From Selaginella moellendorffii (Eukaryota; Plantae; Lycopodiophyta): a stretch of 64,000 nt of DNA. The position numbers were made by a program, and so were the translations under genes. The notes below the pieces were generated by a model. That model ran no database searches. It saw only the letters and a program-made list of their open reading frames with translations, and was not told where the DNA came from. Positions 32,172 to 43,482 of this stretch are shown piece after piece (within the stretch, counting starts at the first letter, position 1; each line of letters opens with the position of its first letter). The stretch is taken from positions 3,154,880-3,218,879 of the forward strand of contig NW_003314261.1 of assembly GCF_000143415.4 (NCBI RefSeq), written 5' to 3'.

Positions 32172-32739
32172 CACAAATCTATAATCTTAAGATGGATTGT
32201 CTTTATGGTCATTGGGAAGATTCTTTCTAAACAAGTTGACTAAATTAGGGGCTTTGGAGGTCAATTTCAGATTTTACATGGCTTTTAGCCCGGATCTTAG
32301 GCATTCGATATTGCACTGATGTTAACGGATCTTCTGTTAGAGGTGGACGAAATTTCTGCATAATCAATGGAAATGCCATAATTAAAGGGCCATCTACTCT
32401 TCCACGATCGAGAAGTTTTCTTGTTCCACTGACTTAATCTTAGTTATAAGCTGTTATCCTTTTTTATCCGGCTTAGAAAAGGAGAGTTTTTTGTTTGAGA
32501 TTCTTCAGGCGAGAGTGTACACTAGGTGGAGACTAGTTCAAACGAGAGTTATAATCTCTTAGTGGAATGTCCTTCGACAGTGGGATTTCTAATGAGACTT
32601 GACTAGCTGTTGGAAATGGACGAGAGTTTTGACATGTCAAAGCAAGGTCCAAGTTGTTCGAAGAACTCTCTTTTCCTCCATTGTCACATTAGCTGGCACT
32701 AGTTCCAAGTTTTTACAATCAGTTTGAGAGCACACTAAA

Positions 32740-35700
32740 TCAAGTTACAACTTTTTCCTTGGACTTGAGAAGCGTCTTCCGGAATTCCTCGTTGGAATTG
32801 AGGGCCTCGTCACTTTTGGGGGCCGAGCCTTGCCACCCGAGAGGTTTGATCTTATCCCGCTCTACCTTTTCACTACCACCTGAAACATCTAAGCAACGCA
32901 TTCACGAACAGGCACACAAAAGAAAGACACGTTACCTTCTTGCTTTGGCTTTGGCTTGGAACGCGCTACGCTGACTTTGCGGGCACCCAGCTTGGTCCTG
33001 TTTTTGCTGATAGCGGCTGCGAGATTCTCCTCGTTTTCGAAATCTATGTACGCGAGCCCCTGCATAGGAAACAACTTCGTCAGAAACGTAAATTCGGTTT
33101 CGCAGCTTTTAGTCTTTACTCGAGAACGCCTTGTGTTCCGGTCCCTCAACAGTCTCACACCCTTGAGCCCACCGCAGGGAGCGAAAAACTCTTTTAGCTC
33201 CTTTTCCGTCAGCTGGAGAACATCCCTGGTAAGAACACACACGATGATAAAAGTAGCACCGTACCTCCAGGTCGATGTTTGAAACAAATGCAGTCAGCTC
33301 ATCTGTGAAGACACGATTCTTCTTGAATTGCGTAGCGGCTTCTCCTCTTCCATCAGTTGTCGCAGGGGCCTGGCCTTGTTCGTTTGGTTTCTCACGCTCA
33401 GATGCATCCCTGTCTCCTTCATTCGTAGCCATCTTGGCTTCAGAATGCAGCTTGCCAGGTTCACGTTTAGGAGCAACCTTCTGTCGTTTTTTCTCCTCTT
33501 TTACATCTTTAGGCCTTTTACGTTTCGCCGCTTGCGCCGAGCTTTCCTGATTGCCCCGTTCATGCTTCATCCTTGGCTCTTTAAACTCCTCCGTATCTTG
33601 AACAGCCTCTATTGACTGTATTTCTTCTAGCCTTTGTCCAGCCTGTACACAGGTTATGTCAAGCAAAAAATTAGTCACTTTCAGTGCAAAAGCTCTACCT
33701 TTAAGGAAGCTTTCTCAAAGTCTTCCAATGTTCCAAACTCGCGTTCAAATTGCAGCCATCCCTCGCAGATTACCTGAAAACGACATGAACGATCACAATC
33801 AAGAATTAGAATCCATACCTTCGAGCCATTCCCTTCGAGCTTTCTAGAGTAGCATTTCCTATATAGCGCTCGAACTTCATTTATATTTTCCAGTCCAAGC
33901 TCCATGTTGATGTACCCTTGCCAAACTTCAGTCATCCATCCGCTGCACAAGGTGACGCTTTGAGTAAACGAGGGCTCGAAAACGGCTTACCTGGATTTAA
34001 CCAAACGCTCCCAAATGCTTCGGGCCGCGCTGATATCCTTCGCTAAGCGAACTTCCATGCGTGCCCAGTATCCTTGCAGTCGCAATGACCGATCTACAAA
34101 GTCCGGAAAGTAGTTTGCCAGTAAATCGGCGGCACGCTGCAAGAGAAAAGAATCGCATACAAAACCTTTTAGAAACAAAAGGACGTACCTGAAATACTTC
34201 ACGTAAACGCTCAACAGAGGCCATTTGCCTTCTCAAGCCATCCACCCGCGTTAAGAAGACGTCGAGATACTGCAATATATCTAGTTAGCAACTGCCAGCA
34301 ACAACAGCTGCCTTTAGGTACCTCACTGGGCGTTTGGAAACCCCTCTTCATTGACTGCTCAAATACCTGGAAAAACCAATCAGATATATAAAGAAATGCA
34401 ACGCCGTACCTCAGACATTTCTTCATCCGAGCTATTGAAACGCTCTAATGTCAACAAATATTTTCTCCATAGCTCACCAACCCATGGGCAATTGCGCACT
34501 GCCCTTGCGTAGACATTTTTGCAGACCACTGCAACCTGAAATAATCTTTGTTAGTGTTTCCATAGCATAATAATCGCGCGAACTACCTTTAGCTTCTGAT
34601 CCAGGTAACCGGTGTATTTCAGCCACAAATCACTACTCACTGGGAAAGCTGTAACTGCACGTTCAAAAAGAACCTGGACTCTAGCTGGGTCGCTTTTACT
34701 TTTTTTCTGCTCGAAGTCAATATAAATCTGGAATAAGGATCATCAGCTAAAGCCAATTCCAATCAGCAAAACCTCGAGAATGAAAAACGTACCAAATAGT
34801 TCTGAAGAAGCTCTGCGTCTGCAGGTTTTCCACTTAGACTGTTTTCGAAGACTTTGCACTCTAGCCATCCTGATTCTGCCTTTTTATACGCTGCCAACAC
34901 GTTGGCATCAACCCCAGCAAACTTGTCTTCGAGACTTCCAATAGTTTTCCCTTGCTCCCGTTCCCACTCTATGTAGTCATTCAGCGTAGGAGCGTGATTA
35001 CTAAGCGGTACTGCTAACTGCCTGTGAAACAGGCTCTCCACGCGTCCAGCTTGTTTTTCCTTTTCCTGCGTGACTTGATCTTCTAAGCTACAGCCTTCCA
35101 AAGAGACAGACTTTACCTTGTCACCATCGGTATATTCGGCCATAGTCAGCAAAACAGCTTGTTCAAACTCGCGATAAGCCTCCCAAATCGCCGAACCCTC
35201 CGTCGCGTGAATCCCAGAAGCAGTGATGGCTCTCTCGTAAAGCTCTCGCATTTTCTGAAGCCCCTGAGGTGTGCACTGTGAAACTCCTGGGTCCCTGTCC
35301 TCTACAAACTCCAAGTAATCCAGCCAGAGTGGCACGTCCTGGGAAAGGAAAAAAATCGGAAAAACAAACCAGACAAAGCACGCGATTAGCAATCCGAGAC
35401 GAGAATAAAGCTCACGTACCACGCACCAAGTACTCCCTGAGCCCGCGCTCGTACAACTCCACCACCGGCGATATATCGCTCCTGCGCCAGCGCGATCGTT
35501 GGCAGCTAAAACTAAAACAAGAAGATATCTAAAACGTACCCGTCCAAGAGATTTGCTTCGTCCCTGGCCCATTCCCGCCACATTCTCCCGGGTATCGGGA
35601 ACAAGGCGTTCATGGCCTCCCTCGCGGCCCTGAGCCGGTCGAGATGCCCAGCCTTGCGAAGAGCAGCGACATACTGCGCAGAGACACTGCCAAAATCGAG

Positions 35701-35835
35701 AACAAGAGAGAGAGAGAGTAAAACCTGCTCGTGCGCCTCGTAGCTGTCCGGATTCGCGGCGAGCGCCACCTCCACAGCCGCGAGCTCGTCCTCCCCGTTC
35801 TCCCTCTCGCTCTCGCTATCGCTCGACGACGCCAT
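32740..35835 (-). CDS. SART3: SART3/Prp24-like U4/U6 snRNP recycling factor (HAT repeats + RRM + LSm-interaction tail), many exons
   Basis: LRAAREAMNALFP...MWREWARDE, VPLWLDYLEF, RELYERAI, RAVRNCPWVGELW, RRM (TAFVSNID...GLAYIDF), C-terminal SNEEFRKTLLK. Confidence 0.9.
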
Positions 35836-36067
35836 TTCCTCGTCCACCCTTCAAACCAAGAACCCTAACCCATATCCATAAACCCTAAAGATGTCACGTG
35901 GCATGGTCAAGTCTCGAATGACTGGTTGTTTAACTGCTATATGGCAGCCTATATAGAACACCCGACGCTTTGTTGTTTCACAAAATTATATTTTTTTCTT
36001 CCTCTCCAATAGGAGTGTGCTTTGCTCGAGGCACATTGCAGCAAATCGATCGATCTTAACGAGCGGA

Positions 36068-37691
36068 ATGGCGTCGCTCGTCAATGCCGCCCCCGCTCTC
36101 CAAGACGAAGGCCCGCCCAGCAACACCATCCGCGCCACCTTAACCATCGCCCTGGTGGCGGCGGTGATCGCGTGGTGGGCGATCGCCAAGAGCCGCTATG
36201 GTCTCAAGAATCTCCCGCCGGGTCCGCGAGGCCTCCCGATCATCGGCCACTTCCATCTCATCGGCCGCCTCCCACACGTCTCGCTCCAGCAGCTCTCCGC
36301 CAAATTTGGCCCGCTCATGTCCCTGCGCTTTGGCTTCGTCCCGGTGGTGGTGGTCTCCAGCCCCGCCATGGCGCGCGAGATCCTCAAGACCCACGACACC
36401 GCATTCGCGGATCGCCCCTACAAGATCGCCGCGAACTTCATCTTCTACGGGCAGCGCAGCATCTCCTGGTCCTCGTATGGCGATCACTTCAAGAAGGCGC
36501 GCAAGCTCTGCGCCACCGAGCTCTTCACCGCGCGCCGCGTCACCTCCTTCACGCACGTCATCCGGGACGAGCTCTGGAAGCTCAGCGGGGAGCTCCGCGC
36601 GGCGTCGGCGAGCGGCGAGGTTGTCAAGCTCCGGAGACACCTCCGGGGCCTGAGCTTCAACCTCATGACCCGGATCCTGATGAAGAAGGTCTACTTCGGC
36701 CCCGGCGCCTCCACCGACGAGAGCGCGCTGCAGGAGGCCAAGGAGTTCGTCAACATCATCGACAGCGTGCTCACCGTGGGCGGCGCCTTCGCCATCACCG
36801 ATTTCTTCCCCGGGACGAAGTGGATCGACTGGACCGTCCCCGCCGCCAAGGCCGCCAGCGACAAGCTCAATAGCTTCCTCACCAAAGTTCTCGACGAGCA
36901 GCGCCCCGGCGAGGTCCCCGATTTCGTGGCCCTCACGAAGTCCTACTTCGATGGCCCCGACCAGATGAAATACACCAAGGCACTCCTTGTGGTAAGCCTT
37001 GGATTGCTTTCTTCATCGTACACACTTTTTTGATGGTCTCTTCTTCACGCAGGACATGTTTCTGGGAGGATCTGAAACGTCATCCACAGTCGTGGAGTGG
37101 GCTATGGCGGAGCTCCTCCACTATCCCAAAGTCATCGCCAAGGCACAGGAAGAGCTCGAGAGGGTTGTGGGACGAGAGCGCATGATCGAGGAGTCGGACT
37201 TGCCCAAGCTCGAGTACTTTAGTGCCTTGGTCAAGGAGGTGTTTCGGCTCCATCCCCCGCTCACCATGATGGTCCCTCACACCACCGCTCAAAACCAGAA
37301 AGTCGCGGGCTACGACATCGCCAAGAACTCGATGATCTTCGTCAATGTCTTCGCCATCGGCCGCGACCCGAGCGTGTGGAGCAATCCCCTCGAGTTCAAC
37401 CCCGACAGATTCATGGGCACGAGCTTCAACGTGCACGGCCACGACTTCGAGCTCCTCCCGTTTGGATCCGGCAAGCGGGGATGCCCGGGCCTTCCACTCG
37501 GCCTCCGCAACGTCCAGCTCGTTCTCTCCAACTTGCTCCACGGATTCGACTGGAGCTACGCGGGCGACATCGAGAAGCACCAGATGACCGAGGCTATGGC
37601 GGTGGTCAACTTCATGGAGCACCCGATTAACGTGAGAGCGTCGCCGCGCCTCGACGATGCCACGTACAAAACCCTGTCAATCAATGCATAG
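36068..37691 (+). CDS. Cytochrome P450, CYP71 clan (A-type), 2 exons
   Basis: Membrane anchor, LPPGPRGLPIIGHFH, GGSETSS, KEVFRLHPP (ExxR), FNPDRF, heme motif PFGSGKRGCPG. Single intron at ~36992-37052. Confidence 0.95.
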
Positions 37692-38355
37692 TCAATCCCG
37701 AATGGTGGGAGTTTTAGAGGGCCAGTATGGAGATTTTATATTGGTTGCAGTAGCCATTACGATGATACTCTCGTCAATAAAATACCTTAGAGACCTGTCT
37801 AGGCCTTGTTGTCCCTACGTGGAAGTTACCACGAAGCTCCAGAATGTCTAGACGCAGTCGATCGTGACGCCGAGAGGAGTCCCGATCGGCATAAACGAGA
37901 TCGGCCACGACGTACGCTTCCAGACCCAAATGTGGAACTCCCACGATTTCTCCGTCCGAGTGGAGACGCCAACAATGGGGTCTCGCCACCACGCCTGGAA
38001 GCTTGCCAGGCTTGCGGAGCTGCATGCCGTGGGTTTCCTTGATCCCATTCGAGAGCCATCACGGCAGATGATCGATCGATTGAGCCCTAGCAAGCTTATG
38101 CGAGATTGTGGTGCGGTCCAGAATGTGCACGTCAATCTCCTCGTGCAAGCATCCCTACGTGCAGGGGCGAGCTTTGAGAATCCCAGAAGCTCTCCCGATG
38201 CGTATGCGTATGGCCGCCGGCTGATCCCGCCAGTGTCTTGCTTTTCCCACTACAAACAAAATTGACGAGCGAACCAGAGGAAAAAAACTATAGAGACCTT
38301 TTCCAGAAGTGCCATCATCAACTACCATTCCACGTTGTGACTGTAGTTCCAGGAG

Positions 38356-38868
38356 TCAATCGCGAAGATTGGTTGGAGTTTTTAGGGTTCCAGTGAGGAA
38401 GAAGAGCAATGTCCCATTAGCGACGGAGATTGTATACGTGTTGCAGTAGCCATTGGCGGCTCGGAACTGTCCAGTCCCTCCCACCACTGATAGCTCTCGC
38501 CCAGGAATATAATACCTACAGTGATCATCCCAGGAATTTCAGGATCTCGAGCGTTCCAATCCAAGGAAGAAAATGATTAGCAGGAACGTGCTAAGGCTGC
38601 TTCCTGTGTATTGTCCCGACGTGAAAGCTACGACAATGATGTATCCAGGGCGTGGGCGGCGTTGATATAGACGCCCTGGGCCTCCGTCGGCCGTGGCCAC
38701 GCCGCCAATTGTGCCATTGGACGCCCTGGGATCGAAGAATGGGGGGCCCGCGGCGTGGATCGCCGTGGGCTTACTTGTGTTGTAATCTTCGTGGATGTAG
38801 AACTGGAAATCGATGGATTCGGCAGCGGCCCAGATGGGCGCGAGGAAGCCCAGCGGTAGCAGTAGCAT
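38356..38868 (-). pseudogene. Dirigent protein pseudogene (frameshifted, internally deleted)
   Basis: Signal peptide + FQFYIHED, AQGVY in a shifted frame, VAFTSGQYTGSSLS, then RELSVVGGTGQFRAANGY in another frame. Confidence 0.78.
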
Positions 38869-39104
38869 TTCTCCTCTGTTTTGGAAAGAAGGTTCTCTGT
38901 TTTTAGGGTTCTTGGAATTAGGGCTCTTGAGATTTTAGGGCTCTTTGATTCAAACGAATTGATTGCGCGCTCTTTCGTTTTGGTCGGTTACCAGAAACAG
39001 CTGCGGCCGGATCCCATCGCTCAGCCGCATGACGACGCAGCGAGCGAATCTCGACAAAACGCCCAAGAGTTATATGGGAACTGTGGGATCACTAACAGAG
39101 GAAA

Positions 39105-39892
39105 ATGTCGAAGCTCCCGGCCGCGCTCTTGGTTGGATTCTTCACTATGTTGGGCACATCGTCGGCATTCGATTTCTTTTACCTCGTCTTGGAGGTTAGA
39201 GATGGATTCCAGATTGTTTCTCTTCGCAGCATTGATCTGTTTGGATATAGTGGCCTGGATCATACTGTGATGCCGCGACCAGCTGCTGCTACCCACAATC
39301 CGGGAAGCCAGCCTCCGATTTCTCGATCCATGGGCTCTGGCCAAACAATCTCGATGGAAGCTACCCCGAGAACTGCGATCCCTCGAGACCATTCAATGCC
39401 TCTCAAGTAAGTGTCCCAATCGATCCGATGGAAGACGAACGAAGATCTTATACCTGATTCCAGATTGGAGGTCTTCGCGGCGACATGGACGCGCTGTGGA
39501 GCTCGCTATCCTGCCCGAGTAGCAACAGCGAGAAATTCTGGGCGCACGAGTGGGAGAAGCACGGGACGTGCTCGGAGAAGATCCTGCGCAGCCAGCGCGA
39601 TTACTTCGCCGCTGCGCTGCGCCTGAGGAAGAGCGTGGATCTTCTGGGAGCGCTGGAGCAAGCAGGAATCTCGCCCGACGGAAAATCCTATCCCCTTGCC
39701 CTGATCAAGAACGCGCTCCAGGACGGAGGATATGCCCCTGGAATCACCTGCAATGCCGACGACGACGATTCCGGGAGCTCCCAGCTCTACCAGATCTATC
39801 TGTGCGTGAGCAAAGAGAATCTAGAGATCACGCCCTGTCCTGTGCTCCCTCGCAGCTCTTGCCACTCGAGAGTGGAATTCCCAGTGTTTTGA
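39105..39892 (+). CDS. Secreted T2-family (S-like) ribonuclease, 3 exons
   Basis: Signal peptide, FDFFYLVLEWPGSYC, CAS I FSIHGLWP, CAS II FWAHEWEKHGTCS. Confidence 0.95.
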
Positions 39893-40069
39893 TAAACCCT
39901 AGCTAAATTTCATTCTTGTGCGCATTTTAGGGGAGAGAGGGAGCGTTCTAGAAGTCGGATGCGATCGATCGCTCCATAATGGAAGCTGGAGCGCCAAGCG
40001 ACTGGCGCATTCTTAGGTTCGACTGCCTGCCGGGTTGTATTGTTTCTGGATCTCTTTCTTTCGGGTTTA

Positions 40070-42541
40070 ATGCCGCTACCTCGCATGGATTCTGGGGTCT
40101 TGCCGCTTGAGCAGCCGAATGGATCATCCAGCAGGAGATTTCCGAGCGATATCTTCAAAAAGAGGGCCAATGCTTTGCAAATCCTTGAGATTCCTCAGCA
40201 AAACGAGCGAGGAAAGAAAGAACATCGTCAAAACGAGGTGGCATTTTCTTTTTATAAGCGTTTCAAGAGTGGTGTTCATCTTCTTTGTGCTACACCAGAT
40301 CGAAGGATTGCATACGGCGCTAGACGTGGTTAGAAGAGAGATAGTCAATGTCCAGCATGAGGTGTGTGATTGTTTCTTTCTTTCTTCCTTTCGTTTTTCC
40401 TTTTCATTCACATAAGCTCCCGCAGGCTGAGAAGCTCTCGAGTAACATCATGGCTGCGCAACAGGAGTTTTTGCAGCTGGTTTCTCAGGTTTATGGATTT
40501 AGTACTCTGCCACTGGAAGCGTAAAGTCTTTGCAGATACAAAAATGTGTACCAGAGCATACTAAGGATGCCAAACACCTCCCAGACAGAAGATTTTCATC
40601 ACTACGAACCCGTAGTGAGAGCATCTTCAGTAGCTGCTCCACTGGCAGATCAGGCTCTACTGACAGTGGTGGCCCTGGACGAGGTAGCCGAGTCCAAAGA
40701 GAGTTGCTCGGAATGCCGAGCGAGATATCTTCAGATTCCACAAAACAAGTAACGTTGTTCTTGCCATGCAAACTAGTATCTAGCATGATGTTTTCACTTT
40801 ACAGGGTTGGCTGTGGAAGACCCCTCTCATGTCCAATGACAAGTCCCTGAAAAATCGGTGGACTCGAAGATGGTTTGAAGAAGTTTATAACTTTAGTTCT
40901 CGTTGGGACATTTTTTTTATATACCTTGATGCAGGTTCTACTTGAAAGGATTTCTTTTGAGCTACTACAGGGTGAAGGAGAGCTTGACATCGCCGGAGGT
41001 GGATATCCAGGGCAAAGAACCAAGGCGAATCTTTGATGTATGTGTGCCTTCCCATTTAACTTTCTTCTAAGCTACTTTGTTTTTCTTTTGTAAGCTATCC
41101 AGTAGGAGCACGGTCATTCGGAAGCCTCATTGGGACGACCTGGGTAAGAAAGTTCACGATGCAAGGAAATTTGCTCCAGACGGGGATACTCTTGTCGGTG
41201 ATGATCCATCAAGCTTTCTTGGGTTTCTCATCTTTGTTCAGATACCAGAGGTACCGTTGTTTAAATTTTTTGCCTGTATTGAGCCCTTTTCACAGGGAAA
41301 GCTATGCCTGCGAGCAGAAACCACCGAGGTTGCTGCTTCATGGCTCTCGCTGTTTTCTAGACGTCTGATGCAAGTAAGTTAAGTTAGCAAAGTGGTGGTA
41401 TGCTAAAAGAAATGGTTTTATTTCAGACCTCATATGTAGAGAAGGCCCAGGTTTTGCACATGCAACCAGATAAAACTGTGCTCAAGTAACAAGAATGTAT
41501 ATATTTCTTTCCTTGTTCTTAATTTGCTTGTTGTCAGACTGCTGGAAAATCCTAATGTTGAGCACTGGGATTTTAAGGACTGTGCTGATACGGAGTCTTT
41601 ACTTATTGGCCTTTCGGACTTGCTTCCAAGCTGTTCCGTAAGTTGACACCATTCCAGTTTAATTTCCTACTAATGTAACCTCAACTCTTTCAGTCTGTCA
41701 AGAGCCTTAGTTTAGCGAACTGCAAGTTCGGTGACAAAGAGATGTCAAAGATACAAGGACACTTAGCGACCATGTCCATGTCTCTGAAGGTCGCCCTTGA
41801 AAAACTTGACTTTAGCGTAAGTGTAAAGTGAAGTGCCATCGCTATTAGCATTTTGTTGACGCTACAGGAGAATATGATTCGAGCAAAAAGTGCTTCGGGT
41901 CTGGGTTTGGCAATCTCTGAAAGCAGCACGCTCCAGGAACTACTTTTGGACCATAACCAGCTCTCTGACCGGGTTTGCTCATACATATATCGTTTTCACT
42001 GACATGAACCAAAAACTGTAGGGGCTGGAGATTCTTGCAAGAAATATTTGGGAGACTGGCCGTCCTATAACCGCCGCACTTCAGAAACTTTCAGTGGTCG
42101 ACAATGGGATAACCGATAAAGTATTTCATACAGCTTTGAGTGTATAATATTGCCATGACGTTTGCTACCTGTGCAGGGCGTTCACACACTAGCCGATATC
42201 ATCGGCAAGGCACCGCCGCCGATCGGACTCAAAGCTTTGCACATTGGAGAGAACAAGATTTGTGATCAAGGAGCGGCTGTAAGTGAAAGTTTTTATTATT
42301 CTCATTCTTCCAAACAAAATCAAGCTAAAAGGCATTTTTCCAGATTATGAAAATCTCCAAAGCCCTCCCAAGCATCGCCGTCGACTTGCAGAGCAACTTG
42401 AGCGGCGGCGAGATTGTCCTGGCTCAACCAAAAGCAAGCTTTCCATGCGCCAGGATTATTAAGGCAAGTTTTTTCCATTGTCATCTGGGAGGAACACGCC
42501 AGAGCTCGCGTTGGCTGTCCGTCTCCCACACCACAATGTAG
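40070..42541 (+). CDS. Multi-exon protein with a putative coiled coil, PH domain and RI/RanGAP-like leucine-rich repeats
   Basis: Spliced exons: GWLWKTP...KNRWTRRWFYLKGFLLSYYR...KEPRRIFDL...LCLRAETTEVAASWLSLF (PH). Then LSLANCKFGDK, LEKLDFSENMI, LQELLLDHNQLSDRG, LQKLSVVDNGITDKG, LKALHIGENKICDQGA (LRR). Both ends uncertain. Confidence 0.75.
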
Positions 42542-43482
42542 CCGTCGTCCTCCACCGAGAGCCCGGCCGTTCTAACACAATTCGGCTGTGGCTTGCAGTA
42601 GACATTGGATGCGAAGGCAAACTGCGGCTTTCTCCCCCAATTATCCACAATAACCATATTGGAATCGACTTGGAGGCTGACGGAGCACGATGCATACCGG
42701 TTCTTCATGACCCTCCCGCTGTTCCACACCTCCCTCTTGCCACCCAGGCCATCACGCCACTCGTAGAGGACGAAGTAACAGTCGCTCCTGATCAAGGCCT
42801 TGAACTTCTGGTTTTTCGACTCCAAGATGTACGGACCCATGAAGAAGGAGCCGACGGATCCATGCCCGCTGATCATGCTCGTCGCAAAAGGCCAGCAGTC
42901 CTCCACGACGAGGTCCGGATCGCCAGGCACGGCGTCCCGGCGGAGCAAAGAGAAAGCTGACTCGTTCCAAAGATCACGGCCATGCAAGCTCGAGTTGTCC
43001 GTGGTTTCAACGCTCCAAAGCTCCTCTCTGTCCGGCTGTCCCTCCCAAGAGACGTAGTCAATGGCAAAGAGCTTGGAGAAGACGATCATGGATCCATACC
43101 CGTGAGCTTGGGACTCGGTGTAGATGGTGTTGAAGATGTCCCAGTAGGCTTGCTGCAAGGTTTGGGTGGACAAGATCATGGACTTATCGGGCGAGATGGA
43201 ACACAAGCTGTAAACCCTGGAGGGGGCGATGCTGAAGAACCAGAGGCGTATCGAGGCTTTGATCCTGTTCGTGACCATGAACGTATAGCTGAAGCTCCTG
43301 CCTGAGCTGTACGAGGAGTCGTAGGAGAGCTGTCTGATGCGATTGGAGATGGCATTTGTAATCCTCCTGGCTTCGAACTGGGAGAAGCGTCCCACATGCC
43401 TCCTCTCCCGGATCGTCACGCTAGAACCAGGCCAAGGTTGCAGGAAGAGCAATAAGATGACAAGGGATGCCACCTTGATCAT
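42481..43482 (-). CDS. Secreted protein with unrecognised N-terminal domain and C-terminal bulb-type (GNA/B) lectin-like domain, copy 1, intronless
   Basis: Signal peptide MIKVASLVILLLFLQP. C-terminal LESKNQKFKALIRSDCYFVLY...VWNS...LQVDSNMVI...LSVEDDGYIVVW...LW follows the B-lectin pattern. Confidence 0.78.
   Translation of the reverse strand: MIKVASLVILLLFLQPWPGSSVTIRERRHVGRFSQFEARRITNAISNRIRQLSYDSSYSSGRSFSYTFMVTNRIKASIRLWFFSIAPSRVYSLCSISPDKSMILSTQTLQQAYWDIFNTIYTESQAHGYGSMIVFSKLFAIDYVSWEGQPDREELWSVETTDNSSLHGRDLWNESAFSLLRRDAVPGDPDLVVEDCWPFATSMISGHGSVGSFFMGPYILESKNQKFKALIRSDCYFVLYEWRDGLGGKREVWNSGRVMKNRYASCSVSLQVDSNMVIVDNWGRKPQFAFASNVYCKPQPNCVRTAGLSVEDDGYIVVWETDSQRELWRVPPR

Noticed and set aside
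32200-32730. Possible TAS/miRNA locus between U5 copy 2 and SART3
   Set aside because: No convincing miR390-type site, tasiARF sequence or long hairpin seen; likely 3' UTR or spacer.
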